From assembly GCF_008831285.2 (NCBI RefSeq), contig NC_045138.2, forward strand, positions 20,708,001 through 20,772,000: a DNA stretch of 64,000 bases, given 5' to 3'. The notes under the pieces are model-generated. The model did no database searches. It was not told the origin of the DNA and was given only the letters and a program-made list of their open reading frames with translations. Made by a program: the position numbers and the translations under genes. Position 1 is the stretch's first letter. The number at the start of each line of letters is the position of its first letter. Below, in pieces: positions 58,249 to 64,000 of the stretch. The DNA is from Nymphaea colorata (taxonomy: Eukaryota).

Positions 58249-61200
58249 GTGGATTGCATAATAAGGGATTAACATTACCCAGAAACCAAGCGAATTACAA
58301 TAAAAACATGGTTGTTCATGAAGCATGATTGTGTCTTTATATCCCACTGCACAAACAATAAAAGAAAGATTACAAATTATCAAGTGAATGGATTGGTAAG
58401 TATGCGTTAGAACACTGAGATTTTGGAAAACTATTAAAGAAAATATCTGCTGCCAAAGAAGTTTGAGACTCTAATGTCACTAAGAATATCAATATCATAT
58501 CCAAACATGGTACAAGCCCAGGCAAGAGGTAATTCGTAGGAGAACAACAGAAAAAAGTCATGGCACGAACTTGCACCACTCAGAGAAGAAAAATGGAGAT
58601 ATACTTGAATAAGGACGATTGTGTTTATAGACCATGAACCAATAAATCTCATGTGACTTAACAGACTAAGGGCTCTGCTGGAAAAACGTAATTTGTTAAA
58701 ACATATAGTAACAACAGAAACAACACTTGCAGCTGCCAATGAGAACAGAAGTACTCAATTCACGTGAATATGCAGGCATGAATGGTGTCTTCCCAACTAA
58801 TGGTAAAACTTACAGCTTCATTCTAGGGCCATGTTCAGGCATGATGATATTCTACATCCCAAGCTGGTTGCCTTTCAGAACAAAGTCCTAATCCAGAACA
58901 TACAAATTGTATGCATTCTATCCCCAAGTTGAGCTTCAGATGTTATATGCATAAAGAAATATAGAGACATCAATGTCTACATTGTACTATGGCAAGCAGC
59001 ACAATGGATCTACCATAAGAAACCATCATTTGAATAATGCTGGACAAACGATTGGCAACTACCCAAGAAGAACTTGGGCTAGTCAATAACTTATTTTCAA
59101 CAATCATTCTGGCAGTGACCAAGTAAACATTAATGTAAGTTCTCTTCATGGATATCAGCATGAATGTCTAGCACAAAAAGCATCATGCTATTGTCTGAAA
59201 CAATCAAAATTGAATTTATGAAGCAATATAGCATATTTAAGTTCTTGAAATATGAAAAGTACCGGAAACTGACTTATTTAGCCTTTTTTATGGAAAAAAT
59301 TATTACAACAAAGAAAGGTTATCAAAGCATAGACCCATAAGTCGGATTGAACTAGATAACTACTGGTTCATGGGTCAGCAAGTTGACTCGTCATCCAGAG
59401 CAGGTCCGAAATTTTTATACTGTATTTTCCCTACAAATTGATGAAAAATCTGAAATGTATCTACAAAATAACAAGTAAATATCAAGTAAACACAGTTAAG
59501 TAATTACAGTTTATGAGCACAACTACAAAATAATAACTAATAAAAAATATGCATTAGAATTGTTTATTCTTAACAAACAAACTTTAGTTTATTCTTTAAT
59601 GACATTGAGTAACAGTTAGAATCACTGCTGAATGAAACAGTCTAGATTTGGATGATCGTCAGCTGATTCAACCAATCCCAGCTGAGTTGGCCAACTCAGA
59701 GCCAAGTCCTTCAGGATTTGGTTGCATTGGGGTCAACAATTGACTTGTGACCCAGTTTGGTGCCAATCTAATTTGTCTCAGGTAATTCCCTAGCCAACTG
59801 CCAGGTTTGCCAAGTGTGTATCAGAGGATGATTTTTATATTTTTCACTTAAACTAATAGTAGAACAGTGGCAGGTGATAATTTTTTAACATGCTAGAACA
59901 GTGTGATAAGTTAATATAACAAATGGAACCATACAAGAAAGTGCAAGAGAATTGTCATATCAACTTACCACTGACCACAGAAACGTTGCCATTTCAAAAG
60001 CATTCTGACAAAATGAAAGTAAAAGATCACATTAGCATAAAAAAATTTCTCCATCTTTGGCAAGAGAGTGTCAGAAATGTCCTGTACCTGAAAAGAGATG
60101 AACTGTATCAGCCATAGCAATAGTTCTGGTTTTCCAAACCAGAAAAGCTCATCCCTTGGCTTTAGTTGGGTACCAGTTAATGGGCCAGTTGTTTCCACAA
60201 CTTCAAGTGCCAATTTCGCAACAACGTGTTGCAATTTTGTTCCAACCAACAGAATCAACTGCATTTATTGCAAAAAAACACAAGAAAATTGATTAGTAAA
60301 AAACCAAGTTGTGAAGGGTAAAAAACTTTAAGACAAAAATTCTATAACTGGGCTTACAAGTGCAGGTACAAACGAGAGCCAAAAGTACACATTTAATCCT
60401 GTTACAGCAAGCAAGTTTGACATTTACTATAGCAATGATCAATCAAACTCGTAGGAAAAAGAAAAAGAACTAATAAAAAGAGATAAACATTACAGCACTG
60501 GGAATTACCATGAATATTGATGAAAATACAAACAATTGCATAAATCCACAGTGGCCAGCTGCAATGTTTGCAGGATCATTGTGTCAGAAACATGCTTCAT
60601 AAGGTCATACAACACAACAAGGCAGCTTCTCAAGGTAAGTATTTGTCAAGGAATTGCAGAGTACATTTAAACTATAATTTACAATAAAAGATGTCAAACA
60701 AGTAAATCTCATAAAAATCAGATCTTCGTCTTACCAAAATCAACCTTTAGATGGTCTTAGCTTTTTTGCAATTTTTAGGTAAATTTATCAGCAGTATCAT
60801 ATATTTCCCACTTTCTATATTCGACAAGATGGTACTAAATTGTCCAATAACTGCAAAAAATAAACATAACTGGTAACAACTGCTAGATGCCATTGGACAA
60901 TTAGAAATGTCCACTGGCAGCCAGAATTGGCAACAACAAGAGCTCTTTATCCAATGTGTCATCCATTGGCTGATGTCCCCTTATAGCCAGAATTGGAAAA
61001 AATAAGAGCTCTTTATCCAATGAATCATCCATAAGCTTTATTTGTTTAGCTTATTTTCCTACATTATCCCAACGAAATAGGCTATTCAGCCAGATTAAGA
61101 AATTTTATGACAAACAACATAGTAAAAGAAAAGGCTGGCACTAGCATTAATGAAAGAACAATTTCCTGGCTCATGCCATTGACAAAGTTCCCCCCATAAG

Positions 61201-61887
61201 ATTGCACTTTGAAATCAAAATTCAATCCCATGAAAAAGATTTTCTGTTATCTGGGATGAAATAAATATTGCCATATAGAACTGCATAGATCTAATTTTCA
61301 TGAATGTCCTGCTGATTTAATAACTATCCATTGTGAGAGACTGGATATTGAAGAAAAAACAGTTATTTTCTCAAAATCATCACAGTGAAGCAAACCGTCA
61401 GCACAGAAGTTGGGATATTCAGTTGTCTACCCTGGATCATCAGGTAAGCCTAATTTTGCAGGAAACTCAATAATAACTTACTGAGTCAAGTTACAGCATG
61501 CATCAGGTATTTTTCTTTACACAAATTCCATGCATTTTTCATTACTAATTTTACAAAATTCGAGTATAGTAGATACACGAGTTCATTCTTTTATTTGCAT
61601 GAACAACCTGTAGAAAGTACCTGAAAAATCCTTAAATCTAAGAAATTTTGTGACCAATCGATCTAAAACTAAGACAAAATCAGGAGCCAATACGATTGAA
61701 AGCATATACAACTTGAATACTTGTCTTTTAGGCAAAGACAAAGACAAGTTCCTGAAATGGTAAGAAACGAAGATTGAAGAATGTATAATTGCACGCTTTA
61801 CCTTATTCCAACAATGCCCTGGAACTCATCCTCCATGCTGCGGACCATATATTTGTGGAAATTATATGATAGAGGTAGCCTATGATT
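56444..61887 (-). CDS. MLO4: MLO family seven-transmembrane protein, MLO4-like (clade I), last 8 exons; 5' part lies beyond the right edge
   Basis: Exons: 61887-61802 ([28 protein letters not shown]), 60558-60509 ([16 protein letters not shown]), 60398-60358 ([13 protein letters not shown]), 60258-60088 ([30 protein letters not shown]), 60004-59969 ([12 protein letters not shown]), 58346-58279 ([10 protein letters not shown]..), 58104-58044 ([17 protein letters not shown]), 56995-56444 ([16 protein letters not shown], calmodulin-binding region). All sites are GT-AG and in phase. Confidence 0.92.
58185..58243. repeat. (AG)n microsatellite in an MLO intron
   Basis: Direct reading. Confidence 0.95.
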
Positions 61888-62839
61888 CTGAAGCAATTAC
61901 AAATGAAGTCAAATACTGCTGATCACTTTGCTGAAAGCCTGAAAGTAGTTACCTTATATTGAACAACAGTATGTGTAACAATGAAACAGTCATCATCATG
62001 CATTCATTCATTTATATGGAAAGGTATTCGTGATTCCACTTTATCAGTCCCAAGGCACCTTCTTAATAAAGATAGGCATACATGACAGGAAAAAAGGAGA
62101 TGGACTTGAGTAATTTCTTTAGTAGGTCATGAGGACATATGTGAAGCTGTGTGATATATTTATGCATTATGTAATCCAGGAATACACCTGTTAACTTCCA
62201 TTAGGAATCTATTTATTTTCAGAAAGTATTGTTTTTGGTGTTTTTTTGCAGAAAGATTTTTTTTCTTGGGTATTCATCAAAAAAAAGAAAAAGGAAAAAT
62301 CACGGGAATCCAAATTTTAGAGAAAATACATAAACATACTAGAAAACTTACCAAATTATGGGTTTTTTACTAATTTTCTTACAACAACACTAATAGACAT
62401 TAAAAATAGTTATTAAAATGCTAAAAATAAAAAAGTAAAATATATTAAAAATAGGTTTTGGAAACTATCTCATTGCAATATCTTTATGATACTTTCTCTT
62501 GTGATATTTTCAAAAAATCATGATACATTTCCATTTTCTCATTTGATTTTTTTGGGGCAATATTATTAAAAAATTATGAAAATATTGCCAATGTTTGTGA
62601 TGATGGATATATGAAACTATTTTCCACAAACCAGAAGTGCTGTGGTGTATTTAGCCAACATGAGAGTTATATGCATGTATATTGATATTAAGGTAATTTT
62701 TGTTTTGTTGGGGCAAAGAAACAAGTGCTGTCATTAAGTTGGATACAAAGACAGCAATGTCACATGGGTGTGGACACGGATGTAGATATGGGTCCGAAGC
62801 AATGCCAAAAAACTTGGGTGTACGACATAACTATATATA

Positions 62840-63166
62840 TGTAACACCTCAAAAATTTAGTCCCGTATTGAAGATTGTGAGGGATCTTCAAGGGCTTATA
62901 AAGGAGGTTATTAAATAGATGGTTGTCCTGGTTCCTAGTCCCACACGTGCAGACGTGTGTGCCTTAAGGGAGGTGGATTGTAACACCTCAAAAATTTAGT
63001 CCCGCATTGAAGATTGTGAGGGATCTTCAAAGGCTTATAAAGAGAGTTATTAAATAGATGGTTGTCCTGGTTCTTAGCCTTTTTGGAGACTGAAGCCGAA
63101 ACTACTAGGGGGCAGGTTGGGATCCGCCAAACTAGGGGTCCGAGCCTAGAAGTGGGTTGGGTTGTT

Positions 63167-63169
<3 letters not shown>
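62840..63169 (+). mobile_element. TRIM of the same family, internally deleted, in an MLO intron
   Basis: Partial 5' LTR from 62840 (TGTAACACCTC..), internal remnant with PPT AAGGGAGGTGGA, full 3' LTR 62979-63169 (TGTAAC..GTTACA), TSD ATATA. Shares AAGATTGTGAGGGATCTTCAA with 9128-9510. Confidence 0.82.

Positions 63170-63253
<84 letters not shown>
63170..63253. repeat. (AT)n(GT)n microsatellite
   Basis: Direct reading; abuts the TRIM 3' LTR. Confidence 0.95.
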
Positions 63254-64000
63254 AAAAGCAAAAATTTAAGCAAGCAACAACATATCCATTAATAATAAGA
63301 AAATACCAAAAAAAGAACAATAAAAAGTATAAACAATCATTTCGTTGTGTCCAGGCTGCGTCATGTAGTTGCACCTGTATCCAGCCATGTTAACGCTGGT
63401 GCTGCACCCTCCTAGGCAAGTTCTCCTGCATAGGAGGATAGGGATTTTTGCAACTCCCAAAAGCCAAGCTCTAGATTTTGCTCCAAATACAAAAATGTGA
63501 TGTGAAAATGGAAACTTTAATACCTGATAAAATTTAGGGCTTTGAAATAGCCAATGCACTAAAATCACCACATCTTCTAGCAGATCTTTAGTGGAGCAGC
63601 TCACATACATGCAAATTATTTTATTCTATTTAGCATGAGATTTGGAGGACATGGAAGCTGATTTACTAAATTGAGTCCAGGAAATAAGAAGCAAAAAGTT
63701 TCCTTTTTTATGAGTATAAATAGTACATAAAGACTTTGAGTACTAAATTTCTAGGTCCACTACTGTTCAGAGAGCCAATGCTTTAGCAAGTTAGAGTACA
63801 ACAAAAAAGGGAAGTCTTGCACGTTCTGAATATGTCTACAGACTATAGACCTAGTCAAATTCTTTTACAGGGCTATCTTGTGTATATAATGTTATTGAAT
63901 AATCTGAGTTAAATACATCAGTATGCAAAAGATTCCTCAATAGAGGGCATGAAACATTAATATTTTCTTGTGCCACATAAACCATCCAGTTGCTGATGAA

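Larger units (their letters stand above)
62755..63400. mobile_element. Degenerate relative of the CTATGTCACA-TIR element, interrupted by a TRIM
   Basis: Starts CAATGTCACATGGG..ATATGGG..CCAAAAAACTTGGGT..(TA)n, colinear with the start of the 37453 copy. Right end approximate; no TSD found. Confidence 0.4.

Noticed and set aside
63523..63610. Possible further MLO exon with a CAG/GTATTA donor
   Set aside because: Translation does not resemble the expected upstream MLO segment (CFxxQF..DYxxLRxGFI); that exon is probably outside the window.

Overview
Plant (angiosperm) nuclear DNA, AT-rich, with long introns and many small transposon remnants. The species cannot be established from the window. Four host genes are supported: (1) the 5' part of a DUF630/DUF632 (NRG2/APSR1-like family) gene on the minus strand, running off the left edge; (2) a complete 9-exon BR-signalling kinase gene (BSK1-like, 510 aa, 33459-50245, +); (3) an intronless leaf-type chloroplast ferredoxin (53199-53639, +) with an I-box/G-box promoter; (4) the last 8 exons of an MLO4-like gene on the minus strand, running off the right edge. 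Mobile DNA includes a decayed, 5'-truncated Ty1/copia element in BSK intron 3, a solo LTR, two copies of a TRIM family, several hAT-type MITEs with exact 8-bp TSDs (two with unusual CTATGTCACA ends), Tourist-like MITEs and LINE/hAT coding relics. There is also a 61-bp minisatellite. The most striking unexplained structure is a ~420-bp foldback with no TSD in BSK intron 4, a candidate hairpin-RNA or young MIRNA locus. I see no convincing evidence of a wholly new multi-gene system. All calls come from manual reading; no database search was run.
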